This document shows, in pieces, positions 1-12,345 of a stretch of DNA of 64,000 nt. The notes under the pieces were generated by a model, which was not told where the DNA came from, made no database searches, and was given only the letters and a program-made list of their open reading frames with translations. Each line of letters starts with the position of its first letter. The first letter of the stretch is position 1. Both the position numbers and the translations under genes were made by a program. The DNA is from Octopus sinensis (taxonomy: Eukaryota), in assembly GCF_006345805.1 (NCBI RefSeq), contig NC_043013.1:15438001-15502000 (forward strand). Reading direction: 5' to 3'.

Positions 1-148
1 CACGGAGTGGTTGGCGTTAGGAAGGGCATCCAGCCGTAGAAACATTGCCAGATCAGACTGGGCCTGGTGCAGCCTCCTGGTTTCCCAGACCCCAGTTGAA
101 CCGTCCAACCCATGCTAGCATGGAAAGCGGATGCTAAACGATGATGAT

Positions 149-190
<42 letters not shown>

Positions 191-571
191 TAAATATTTG
201 TTGCGCTAAACTGGCAATATGACCATTGCGAAATATAACAATATATATATATATATATACAACATACATATATATATATATTTATGCATACACACATCAT
301 CATTTAGCATCCACTTTCCATGCTGGCATGGGTTAGCTGGTTTGACTGGAATTGGCAGGCTAGAGAGCTGCACCAAGTTCCAGTTTGCTTTTGAACCGTC
401 CAACCATGCTAGCATGGAAAGCGGATGCTAAACGATGATGATGATGATTATGATGATATACATATATTGATAGAAATGGTAAGACAACAAAAGAATGAAA
501 GAGACCTCGCTATTATGTAAATAGAGGAATTTATCTGTAAATGTAATATGTGACAATTATTTGGTAGATAT

Positions 572-632
572 GATAAAACTCCGAGTTTCAGATGTCTGGG
601 TAGAAAACCACGCCGCCATCTCTTCAGTTATC
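572..632 (-). ncRNA. Minimal type I hammerhead ribozyme motif (Penelope-like terminal repeat)
   Basis: Minus strand reads GATAA-CTGAAGA-GATG..CATC-T-GAAAC-TCGGA-GT-T-TTATC: 5-bp stem I, intact core, quasi-palindromic stem III. Confidence 0.6.
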
Positions 633-1159
633 CGACCATTGGAAAAAAATGCTATGAAATGGATTTTCATAGCGTTTTTTCCACTGGCCAGATAACTTAA
701 GAGATGGTGGCATGGATTTCCACCCCAACATCCGAAACTCAGAGTTTTATCATGGCTACCAAATAATTGTCACATATTACATTTACAGATATATATATAT
801 ATATAAATAAATAAAAACAATGCATATATATGTACATATATGTACGTACCAACCTCTACATGTACATATACATGCATATATGAGTACAGGACACCAAAAA
901 AACGTCGAACACAATGAGAAACGAAAACATAGACACAAACCCAAGGAACTGGACATTTTTTTAAACAACAAAAAAAAATAGAGTACAGGACAATTAACAC
1001 AAAGAAAAAAACATTTCTTCAGTCGCCATGGTTTCATCTACTCTACGTTTCGAAGGTGAAGGCAAGACGTATCTTCGAATAAGAAACTTTCCTTCCTGCG
1101 AAAAGCAAATCAATTAAAATTTGAGATCTTTTTGCAGAGGGGTAAAAATGGTAACAAAA

Positions 1160-1195
<36 letters not shown>

Positions 1196-1256
1196 AAACA
1201 CATATATGGTGCCCGAAGCGGTGCTCCAGCATGGCTACAGTACTGCAACAAGTAAA

Positions 1257-1312
<56 letters not shown>

Positions 1313-1943
1313 TTTATATATATATAGATTCAGATAAATATGGTACTTAGGTTGAGGCACCAGAATTTAGTACAGCATTATCAAGCAAAATCTGTAACAA
1401 GTCTTTCTTTCTGATACCTTAGTAGCTTCTAAGCTGAAGTGAAGACAGCATATTCTTTGTCTGTCTCCTTACCTTCTTGGAGATTTTAGGTAAAGTTATA
1501 CTAATGTGTCCATCTGTTCTAATTTAATTAAATTCTATGTCATTGTGCAGCTGAGGATTGCTCTGCATTTTAAATTGATGTCATGATTGCATTGTTGAAG
1601 TAAGTGGAGTTGATTGAAATTATCGTACTGGATATCCTTGTTGCTTATTTTAATATATATTTATATATATATATATTTCTTTACTACCCACAAGGGGCTA
1701 AACATAGAGGGGACAAACAAGGGCAGACAAAGGGATTAAGTCGATTCCATCGACCCCAGTGCGTAACTGGTACTTAATTTATCGACCCCGAAAGGATGAA
1801 AGGCAAAGTCAACCTCGGCGGAATTTGAACTCAGAACGTAACGGCAGACGAAATATGGCTACGCATTTCGCCCGGCGTGCTACCGTTTCTGCCAGCTCGC
1901 CACCTTCTGCCAGCTCGCTAGTATATATATTTATATATATATA

Positions 1944-2241
1944 CTAGCAGTATCACCCGGCGTTGCTCGGGTTTGTAAGGGAAATAACTATATAAGCATT
2001 TTTAGAGAGTTATAGCCAAAAAATAGCAAAAAAATGCATTAAAAATGGAAAAAAAAAATGATGGTAAATTTTTTTTAAATCATAGACTCGTCATAGACGC
2101 GCACTAATACCCAGAAGGGCTCGATATGAATCATGACTATAAGATACCCGGTTTTGGTTAAACTGCACCGCAAAATGTGGGAGTAGTTAGGAATCTAAAT
2201 CGTAGGAGACAGACATACAACTTCACTTTTATATATAAAGA
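1944..2241 (-). mobile_element. Non-autonomous Helitron
   Basis: On the minus strand: A|TC start, subterminal hairpin CCCGAGCAACGCCGGG, CTAG|T end. Confidence 0.8.
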
Positions 2242-3524
2242 TATATACACATAAAGGGTGAAATATAATTAATTTAATAAAATTAATTAATTTCACCTAG
2301 TAGTTTTTTCGGTATGGAAATGACCATATTCAGTAAGGGTTATATTAATTATAATAAAGGGTTAATTGCAACAAGTTACAAATTCTGTTTGTTTGTGGAG
2401 ATTTATTTTCCTAGCAGTAGTAATGGTGACCTATTTGGCTGCTATTTCTAATATTTTCGGTATGTGGTTTTGAGCAACTTGTTGCAATTAACCCTTTATT
2501 ATAATTAATATATATATATAATATATATATAATATATATATATATATATCATCATCATCATCATCATTTGTGTCTGTCTTCCGTACTAGCTTAAATTTGA
2601 TGATTCAGCAGGTGGTGCTAAGCCTAGGGACTCTGCCAAGATCCACTACTTGCCCTTGCATGATTTTTTTCAGCTGGATAGATACATTTCCTAATGCCAA
2701 CCACTTTACAGTGTGTACGAACTGCTTTTTATGTGAAATTAGGATCAGCAATGTTTGCATTAACATAGTTATAAGACTAGATATAGATGTGTATATATAT
2801 ATGTGTGTGTGTATATATGTATATATATGTGTGTGTGTGTAAGTCACAAATGACAGAGAAATAGTTTGATGAAATTTTATTTAATGATAGGAAAACTCTA
2901 ATTTCGAGACATTAATGCAAGTATGTAAGTAATTTATTTACTATTAAATATAATAATATAGATTATTTACATGTTTTTAAGTTACGAAACAATTTGTGAT
3001 GAAATTAGAATTTACTTACAGTCAAAACAGATTTGTCATTTGTTACTTTATACACTCTTTATCGTTTTCTCTTGTATTATTCTACGTTTATTTTCTATGT
3101 TCTGTAGAATGATATATTAAGGAGATGTTTTATGAGTACTACCTGATTACTTGAAATCAAATATTGTGTCATAAATATATATATATATATATATACGAAA
3201 AGACATGGCAGAGGAATAGACAATTATCTTATGAACTTCATTAGCTTTTAGCACATAACTGTTCCAAACAAGATGTGGTGGACTCGTAGTTGAGAGTGTG
3301 AGTAACACCTTACAGTTTCATCGGGGCTTCAAATATGAAGTGTAGACAACTGAACTCTACATATCTTTTTCATTCTCTTTCTGTTTATTTTCTCTTATTC
3401 CATTCTGTTGAAGAGCATAGGCTTGAAACCTAAGACATTTTCATTTTTCCTGAGTGTCAAACTAATACACTTACTTGTTATTCATACAACTGTCTTTGTC
3501 TTTTGTTTTTCTATAAATTTCGAC

Positions 3525-3710
3525 TATATATGCATATATACATATATATATTATATATATATATATATCATATATATATATATTAATATATATATACATA
3601 CATACATACATATATATATATACATACATACATAATATATATATACATACATACATACATATATATATACATACATACATACATATATATATACATACAT
3701 ACATACATAT

Positions 3711-3753
<43 letters not shown>

Positions 3754-4100
3754 TATACATACATATATATATACATATATATATACATACATATATATAT
3801 ATATAATACATACATACATATTATATATACATACATACATACATATATATATATACATACATATTATATATATATAATATATATTATATACATACATATA
3901 TATACATACATACATACATATATATATATACATACATCATACATATATATATATATATATATATACATACATAACATATATATATATATAATACATACAT
4001 ATATATATATACTACATACATATATATATATATATCTACATACATACATATTATATATATATATATTATATATACATACATACATATATATATAATATAT

Positions 4101-4140
<40 letters not shown>

Positions 4141-4370
4141 TACATACATATATATATATATATACATACATATATATATATATATATACTACATATATAT
4201 ATATAATATACATACATAATATATATATATTATATATATACATACATACATATTATATATATATATACACATACATACATATATATATTATACATACATA
4301 CATATATATATATATATACATACATACACATACATACACATACACACATATATATATATATATATATATA
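3525..4370. repeat. Compound (TA)n/(TACA)n microsatellite tract
   Basis: Direct reading; source of the MYIYIY ORFs. Confidence 0.95.
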
Positions 4371-4561
4371 TCATCATCATCGTCATTGTTTAACGTCTGC
4401 TTTCCATGCTAGCATGGGTTGGATGGTTCAACTGGGGTCTGAGAAACCAGAAGGCTGCACCAGGCCCAGTTTGATCTGGCAGTGTTTCTACGGCTGGATG
4501 CCCTTCCTAACACCAACCACTCCGTGATATATATATACACATATATACTTATACATATATA

Positions 4562-5802
4562 CAGGGTGTGATGGATAAACTGTTGCACATTTTATATTGT
4601 CAATTTTGCACATGCACATTGTTTGTTTTTGATTTTGTCGACTACACTGTATAGTAGGGTCAGTTGGGTACCATCTGTGAGAAAGACAGTGCCATGATGC
4701 AATTCACTCAATCAGAAATTTGGATACGACATGCTGTACATCTTGGCATTCATGCCGGGAGCTCCAATACGAATATTTCAGAGTCTTTGGGTGCCAATCT
4801 GAGGACAGTGTAGAGGATTTGGAAAGAGTTGGATGAGTCTAATGGTGATTACGAATGTACGGCAGCTCGGACAATTCACACTGATCGATCTGATAAGAAA
4901 AGAACTCTTAAATTTGTTGGTGAAATCCAGGCCATGATTGACAACAATCCCTCCAAGTCAATCAGATCCATCACCAGGGACATGGCAGTGTCTGAGTTTT
5001 ATTCAGGCAGGTGGTGCATGAAGACATTTGGTATTATTCATACAAGATGAGAAAGAGCCAATTTTTATCCCAAGGACAAGAGGAAAGAGCTTGTTATGAA
5101 GCTTTAGAACAAACTCAGGCATTCCCTCCAACTGAATATGCTTTGATTTTTCTCAGATGAGAAAAATTTCTGCCAGGATCAGATGGTGAACACACATGAC
5201 TTTTGATCTGCTGTGTCCTCAAAACATATACAGAGAGTGATAAAAATCAAACAATCAGCATCATCATATTTGGAATGACCTCTAGTGATGGCAACATTAT
5301 GCCTCCATTCATCTTCCCACATGGCCTCAGACTCAACACGGAGGCCTACATTGTGTCTGGAGGGGGTAGTGCTGCCCTGGGTCAGGACTCTGCACCATGC
5401 CACACATGCAAGAGAACCCGGTCATGGCTGACAGACAATTTCTGTGCCTACATCACTCCTAACATCTGGCCACCTAACTACCCAGACTGCAACACCCTTG
5501 ATTATTATGTGTGGGGTGTAGTTGAGTGAGAGACCTGCAAAACTCCTAGTAACATCAAAGATAAACTGAAGGCAAGGTAGCATTCACCTACTTAAACAAG
5601 GAGGCCACCCAGAAGAGTTGCTGGAGATTCCAAAGTCATCTGGAGGGCGTGGTTGAAGCCAGTGGCGATTTTATTGAATAAATTTACTCTTTAGTATTTC
5701 AAGATATTTTTATGTCATTTTGGTTAATATATCTGTTAAAATGAGGTGTCAGTGTTATTTTCATTTTTTGTGTAATTTAGACAGCAATTTTTTCACTGCA
5801 GC

Positions 5803-5805
<3 letters not shown>
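4562..5805 (+). mobile_element. Decayed Tc1/mariner DD37D (maT-like) transposon
   Basis: FSDEKNF, QDSAPCH-(37 aa)-LDYYVWG, WPPNxPDCNxLD; degenerate CAGG.. TIRs in TA context. Confidence 0.85.
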
Positions 5806-5834
<29 letters not shown>

Positions 5835-6191
5835 CATCATCATCATCATCACGGACGCTAAACGATGATGATGATGATGTATAAAAATATATATATAAAA
5901 ATACAAAAAGGGACAAGAACGCAAAACATTCAAATAGACGACACAAAAAAAACGGATGGGTCATTCGAAGCCTCTAATCTTCAGTCAAGAACCGGATCAT
6001 CCTCGCAATTTCGGCTGATATATATATCAATATGTATGTACATACATACGTACCTGGAAGGCTTCAGAGAAGATAGGTAGAGTACAAAAAGTGTTAAAGC
6101 AGTGCTTCAGTAATAAATGACATCAACCAGATGTAAAAAGAGGTTGTGTGTATAAATATATATATATGTATATATATATATATATCTTTAT

Positions 6192-6450
6192 TTAATTAAG
6201 AGTAATTAAAGAAGCTAAAACGGTAAGCAATAGAAGAAAGAAGTGTACAAGAACTTTTGGTGAGTTTGAGGTGTCATTACTTTTCTTGGGACATTTCCAG
6301 TCAATATCTTCATTCTTCATTTCATTCTTCAGCCAATCTTCCAAAGGTTTGAAGTAGGTCAACATTGATTTGGCATCCAATTTTCTGGTGCCAGTCAGCT
6401 GTTCCAATGCGTCTTGCCATGGCTTCGAAGAACCAAGTTTCAGCATGGCT
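6192..6450 (-). CDS. ACE: ACE terminal coding exon (AMLKLGSSKPWQDALEQLTG...YFKPLEDWL...VLVHFFLLLLTVLASLITLN-stop)
   Basis: Acceptor TTGCAG|A, 259 nt, stop TAA at 6194-6192, hydrophobic C-terminus. Confidence 0.95.
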
Positions 6451-6769
6451 CTGCAAGAGGATGAAGAGGGAAAGTGTGAGTAATAAAAGTAGTGGTCATG
6501 TTTATGGTGGCTGTAGTGGTGGTTTAGTTGTGATGATGGTGTTGTTGGCAGTGTTACTCATAGCGATGATTGGCGGTGGAGTAGTAGTGATGGTGGTAGT
6601 AGTAATGGTGATGGTGAGTGGTGGTTGTTGTGGCAGTAGTGGCAATGGTGGTGGTGGTGTTAATGGTGTTAGTGTTGGCAGTAGTTATCATGGTGCTAGT
6701 GATGGCAGGAGTAGTGTTGATGATGGAAGTGGCAGTGGTGATATTGGTAGTAGTGGTATGTAAGATGTA

Positions 6770-7369
6770 AGGCGGCAAGATGGAAGAATCGTTAGCATGC
6801 CAGGCGGAATGCTTCGCGGTATTTCGTCTGCCGTTACGTTGTGAGTTCAAATTCCGCCGAGGTCGACTTTGCTTTGCATCCTTTCGGGGTCGGTTAAATA
6901 AGTACCAGTTACGCACTGGGGTCGATGTAATCAACTTAATCCCTTTGTCTGTCCTTGTTTGTCCCCTCTATGTTTAGCCCCTTGTGGGTAGTAAAGAAAT
7001 AGATATTTCGTCTGTCTTTACATTCTGAGTTCAAATTCCGACGAGGTCGACTTTGCCTTTCATCCTCTCAGGATCAATAAATTAAGTACCAGTTCTGCAC
7101 TGGGGTCGATGTAATCAACTTAATCCCTTTGTCTGTCCTTGTTTGTCCCCTCTATGTTTAGCCCCTTGTGGGTAGTAAAGAAATAGATATTTCGTCTGTC
7201 TTTACGTTCTGAGTTCAAATTCCGCCGAGATCGACTTTGCCTTTCATCCTCTCAGGATCAATAAATTAAGTACCAGTTCTGCACTGGGGTCGATGTAATC
7301 AACTTAATCCCTTTGTCTGTCCTTGTTTGTCCCCTCTATGTTTAGCCCCTTGTGGGTAGTAAAGAAATA
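6770..7369 (+). mobile_element. SINE family A: one head plus three tandem 184-bp bodies, 15-bp TSD
   Basis: B-box-like GAGTTCAAATTCC in each unit; TSD GGTATGTAAGATGTA at 6755-6769 and 7370-7384. Confidence 0.85.
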
Positions 7370-7951
7370 GGTATGTAAGATGTAGTAGGATATTGAGGTG
7401 TAAAGGTGGTAGTTAGTGTGGTCGTGGGGGATTCTATGTTTGGACTGTTGTAGTGCATTGGCAGAACAAGAGCGAAATTAATATGGGGTTTGGCTAGGTG
7501 TTGCATGCATGTGAAATGCAGTGGGGTTTGTGTGGTATGTGACATAGTGTTATATAGTATGGTGTGATGTGTGATATAGTGTAATATCATGTTGTGTGTG
7601 TTATAGAACATTTAAATAATATAGATATTTACTGTTAGCTCTGGTACGGCACAGTGAAATATATTATTTGTAAATTTTTAAATACTGTATGGCTTAGTGC
7701 CACTCACTATGTTACAGTGTTATACATTATGTTAGAGTGTCACACACTGAGGAGTAGTGTCATACATTGTTGCAGTGTCACACATACATACACTGTGTTA
7801 TTGTGTCACATAGTGTGATACACCATCACATTGTATACAATTTTACTCATTGTCTGTCACAGTGTCATACTTTATGTCACAGTGTCACATATACATTATA
7901 TTATTGTGTCATACATTGTGTTACATTTAAGTGTCAACGTATAAAACTTAC

Positions 7952-8074
7952 TCCATTTTCCTCCCAGCTTCCGGGCTTTTATATATGTCACATTTATGCA
8001 GTTCTCCTGTGTAATTGGCAGCTTTACACAAGGCTTCATGGAATTGAAACTGGATCAAATGACTGACAAAGTAT
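7952..8074 (-). CDS. ACE: ACE visible exon 9 ([40 protein letters not shown])
   Basis: Manually translated; acceptor CCCCAG|A, donor GA|GTAAGT, 123 nt. Confidence 0.96.
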
Positions 8075-8399
8075 CTGGGGAAACAAAATATATACACGCA
8101 TTACGTATAAGATATAGATACACATAAATACATATATGCTTTGTGATACTTGTGCCAGTGGCACGTAGGGTCTCACAGAGGAAATGAAGAAGACCGAGAC
8201 CCCTGACATATGCTGTGACTGTGAAGACCCAACAAATGAAGGAGAAACGACATTGAATGCTAACATTTGTTTACATATATGAAACTGTTTCTTTCAAACA
8301 ATTTAAAAACATGGGTGTGTCCAAGTTGTGAATATGTGTGTGTGTGTGCATGCATATGTGTGAGTTTGTATGTGTGTGTGTATATATATATCTTTACAC

Positions 8400-8432
<33 letters not shown>

Positions 8433-8634
8433 AATAAATAAGGATAAGATCGTTAATTTAAAAATAAAATAATGATTTTATCAAGCAGTCATGGAAAAAA
8501 TAACCTTCAAAGATAATAATTATTAAAATTATAAATAATTAGGGTATCTACAAGATGGTGGTATCTCGTAGATACCCTAATTTATAATTATATATATATA
8601 TATATATATGATGCATGCTTATATAGAGACCAAC

Positions 8635-8733
8635 CTGATATATGGTATAGCATTGGCAATATGCATCTTAGAACCTGGGTCAAAATCTTCTTCTGATCGA
8701 GAAACTGGTGCACTCAAACCTTGATATTTACAT
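8635..8733 (-). CDS. ACE: ACE visible exon 8 ([33 protein letters not shown])
   Basis: Acceptor TTATAG|A, donor AG|GTTGGT, 99 nt, YQG...FDPG.K.H motif. Confidence 0.96.
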
Positions 8734-9547
8734 CTATAATTTGGAAGAAAGAAAATAGCATACATATAATCATCATCATTTAACATTCGTTTTCTATGCT
8801 GGCATGGTTTGTATGTGTATCTGTGTATATATACACACATGCATATATGTATGTACATATCATCATCATCATCATCACCATCTGACATCTGTTTTGTAGG
8901 CTGGCATGGGTTGGATGGTTCAAAAGTGAGGCAGAAGACTGTATCAACATCTAGATGCTCTTTCTAATGCCAACCACTTCACAAAGTGCGACAAATGCAT
9001 TTTACATGGCACTAATGAGATCACCAAGTATCTTGCAAGACAAGACAACTAACAGGCTTCTTTACAGTTTCTGCCTAACACATGCACTTATAACATTTTG
9101 CTTGCTGGGATTATAGTAAAAGACACTTGCACAAGGTGTTTTGCAGTGGGACTGAACCTGAAACCATGCGGTTGTGAAGCAAATTTCTTAACTACACAGT
9201 CATGCCTGTACCTATGAATATGTTATGCAATAACAGTTTACAAGGTGGTGCCTCAACATGGCCTTATACTGACCAATGACTGAAACAAGTAAAAGGTAAA
9301 AGAAATAATATTTGTTACAAACCAAAACTGAAGTATATTTCTGCAATTCATCCTTATCCTTTAATGTCCATTTTCCATGTTGCCATGGGTGGGATGGATT
9401 GACCAGAACTGCTGCTAAACTAAGGAGCTGCACCAGGTTCCAGTCTGATTTGTCTTGGTTTCTACAGCTGAGATGCCCTTCCAACCACCAATGCCCTTCC
9501 TAACTCCAATTGCCCTTTCTAACTCTAGTTGCCCTTCCTAGTGCCTT

Positions 9548-9672
9548 GATGTAATCTCCAGGGATACAGGCATACAGCAACAGGACCTCCGTAATGCTAT
9601 GATGGACCGTGAAGTCTGGCATAACATAGTAAATTCCATTGTCTCGACCACGGTCGAACAATGATGATGATG
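9548..9672 (+). mobile_element. Very short 3' end of an RTE-like LINE with (GAT)n tail and 8-bp TSD
   Basis: DLRNAMMDREVWHNIV-like peptide; TSD AGTGCCTT at 9540-9547 and 9673-9680. Confidence 0.65.
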
Positions 9673-10369
9673 AGTGCCTTAAATGTACCTTTGTGATTTT
9701 TATTTTTAAAAAATAGGGACTTCAGAGGATTATTGGCCTTCAGGATAATAAACTGCATGATACTGCCGCTGTTATTCTGAACGGAGCATGAGGATCTGCT
9801 AATAACTTCTCAGTTGCTAAAAATCATGTAGTACTGTTTTTTTTTAATGTTTTTAATCAGGAGGCGAAGGGCAAAGCCCATAACTCTTTCTGGGGCCTCT
9901 GAGACTAGTCAAAGTGAGCTGGGAAGATATCCTCAAACTGAAGATCTGGTCTGAATGCTTGTGAGTGAAATCAGTTAAAAGCTGTCAAGGTGCCAGGTGA
10001 GGCAGTGGATTAAGTCTGCGCATCGTATACATGCCACCACCATGTGGCATTGTATTGGCTCTACCTAATAACATGTTGTATTATAGTGACTGTCCTCACT
10101 GTATAGCACCATGACAACTTTCTCCATCATGTAGACCCCTTAGCCCTCACAATATAGCATTCTTGGCTCTCATCATGTAGCATTATTTTGGCTCAGCTAT
10201 CCACCATATAGCATCACATTAACCTCCACACCTTGCCATGTCACCTACATCTCATCATCAGCCTACTAATTACATCTCACTCCAGTGTAGCATTTTGCCA
10301 AACCCCAGTGTTCCCTTTAGCCTCATACTGATACACTGTATAATTCACACTGACCCCAACTATCCTACC

Positions 10370-10815
10370 CTTTTCATGTAGCATTGTACAATATTATCCC
10401 CTTGCCTCTCATCATGTAGCATTGTCTTATATTGACTCCCACCACATCACCTCTTGCATCATGTAGCATTGTATTATATTTATCTTCGTCTCTCTTCCTG
10501 TAGTATTGTATTACATTGACTCCTGCAACCACCCCTCTTTTTAAGTAGTATTATATTACATAGATCTCTGCCATCCCACTTCTCACATCATGTAGCATTG
10601 TATTATATTGAATCCCGGCTACCCCACCTCTCACATCATGTAGCGTTGTGTTATATTTACCCCTGCCTCTCTTCATGTAGTATTGTATTATATTGACCCC
10701 TGCCATCCCACCTCTCATGTCATGTAGCAGTGTATTACATTCGTCCCCATCTATCTTCATGTAGTATTGTTTTATATTGAATCCCTGCTGCACCACATCT
10801 TATCATGTAGCAATG
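10370..10815. repeat. Diverged 40-48-bp minisatellite (TCATGTAGCATTGTATTATATT...)
   Basis: About 10 units with alternating lengths. Confidence 0.75.
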
Positions 10816-10827
10816 TTTTATAATTAC

Positions 10828-10972
10828 CTCATATCCCACCATGCTTTATTATATTCAGATTCTTTGATTTTTCCACTAAACAGCTTCCATCGATATGTAT
10901 CTACGACGTAACTAAATGGAATGAACACCAATTTCTCCAAGGCGCTCATCATCAAAAAGTTGATAGAACTCT
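10828..10972 (-). CDS. ACE: ACE visible exon 7 (ESSINFLMMSALEKLVFIPFSYVVDTYRW...YNKAWWDMR)
   Basis: Acceptor TTTCAG|AG, donor AG|GTAATT, 145 nt. Confidence 0.96.
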
Positions 10973-11139
10973 CTGAAATTAAACGTATCATTTCACAGAT
11001 TATTATCTCATTAAAAACAAGCTGGGGTACAAATATACGAAGCCTAATATATACCAAAACAAAACACTGTACATGATAATACTTCCAATCAGTTAAGGTC
11101 AAAAGCCATGAGAGCCACAGCCTGGTACTGCATCAGGGC

Positions 11140-11173
<34 letters not shown>

Positions 11174-12312
11174 ATTATTATTATTATTATTATTATTATC
11201 ATCATCAATAATATTAATATTCTTTTTGTTATTGTACGTACCTGTTGTGTATGTCACACTTACTTCAAAGAAGTGGCAAAATGAAAGAAAGGAGGACAGA
11301 GAGGAAGTAAGAGAGAGAGAGAGAGAGTGTGTGTGATAGGGAGAAAGGGAGAGTGAAAGACAAAGTGAGAGAGTGAGAGAAAGAGAGAGAGTGAAAGAGA
11401 CAGTGAATAGTAACAGCATTTGTTTTGTGTTTTTAAATGTTGCAGAGAGGACATAAGAGAGAAAGAGAGTGTGAGAGAGAGAGAGAGAGAGAGAGTGAGT
11501 GGTGACGGCGTTCATCACAACAGAAGTAGATACATAGATTCATATACACTTTGTTAAATCAAAAGCAGGAGAGAAGAGGGACACAAAGGAAGTGAAAGAG
11601 AAAGAGAGAAAGTAAAAGAGACAGCAGATTCAAAGAAAAGTTCATACATAGATACATACACACAGCAAATATTGGATGTCAATATTTCACTTTTCATTAC
11701 CACACGAGGATAAAATTAACTCACAAGTAGCTGAGTACTCCACAGACATGCATAACATTAACGTAGTTCTCAGGGATATTCAGCTTCACACAGAATATGA
11801 CAAGGCTATCCCCTTTGAATTACAGCTACAACTCGAGACATATATGTGAATGTATTTGTGTGTGTATACAGTTTAGGTTACTTAAAACATGTTTGCAATA
11901 ATAAGTGTTGCGTGGTGGAAATAAATGCAATTACCAAACTTTCATTCATAAATCCATTTATTATTTCGTTCTTTTGCATTTCAATTTGTACATTAAAACG
12001 GATATTTTGGTTGGATTATATAGTCATTGGTGTTCCATTACTTTCTATATTTTGTAACTGTTACAATATACTTTTCTAGGCCTGAATTTTTTATGGAGAG
12101 GGGCCAGTTGATTAGATCAATCCCAGTACACAACTGATACTTAATTTATTGACCCTGAAAGGATGAAAGCAAAGTTGATCTCGGCAGAATTTGAACTCAG
12201 AACGCAAAGATAGACAGTCAAAATATACAAACATTTCTCATGGCACCAGTACACTGTTTACAGATGCTTATATTTTTTAATGTTTTCTGTGAATTTTTCA
12301 TGGGTCCAGCTA

Positions 12313-12345
<33 letters not shown>

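Noticed and set aside
1040-1085. Possible hammerhead on the minus strand (CGAAGA...GAAACGTA)
   Set aside because: Core and stems too decayed to support.
3471-4243. Many overlapping [10 protein letters not shown] ORFs here and at 31178-31843, 43823-44593 and 54874-55176
   Set aside because: Translations of (TA)n, (TACA)n and (CA)n microsatellites; no coding signal.
6365-6763. Gly/Val-rich ORF and the antisense Thr/His-rich ORF
   Set aside because: Degenerate (GGT/AGT)n tract in the last ACE intron.
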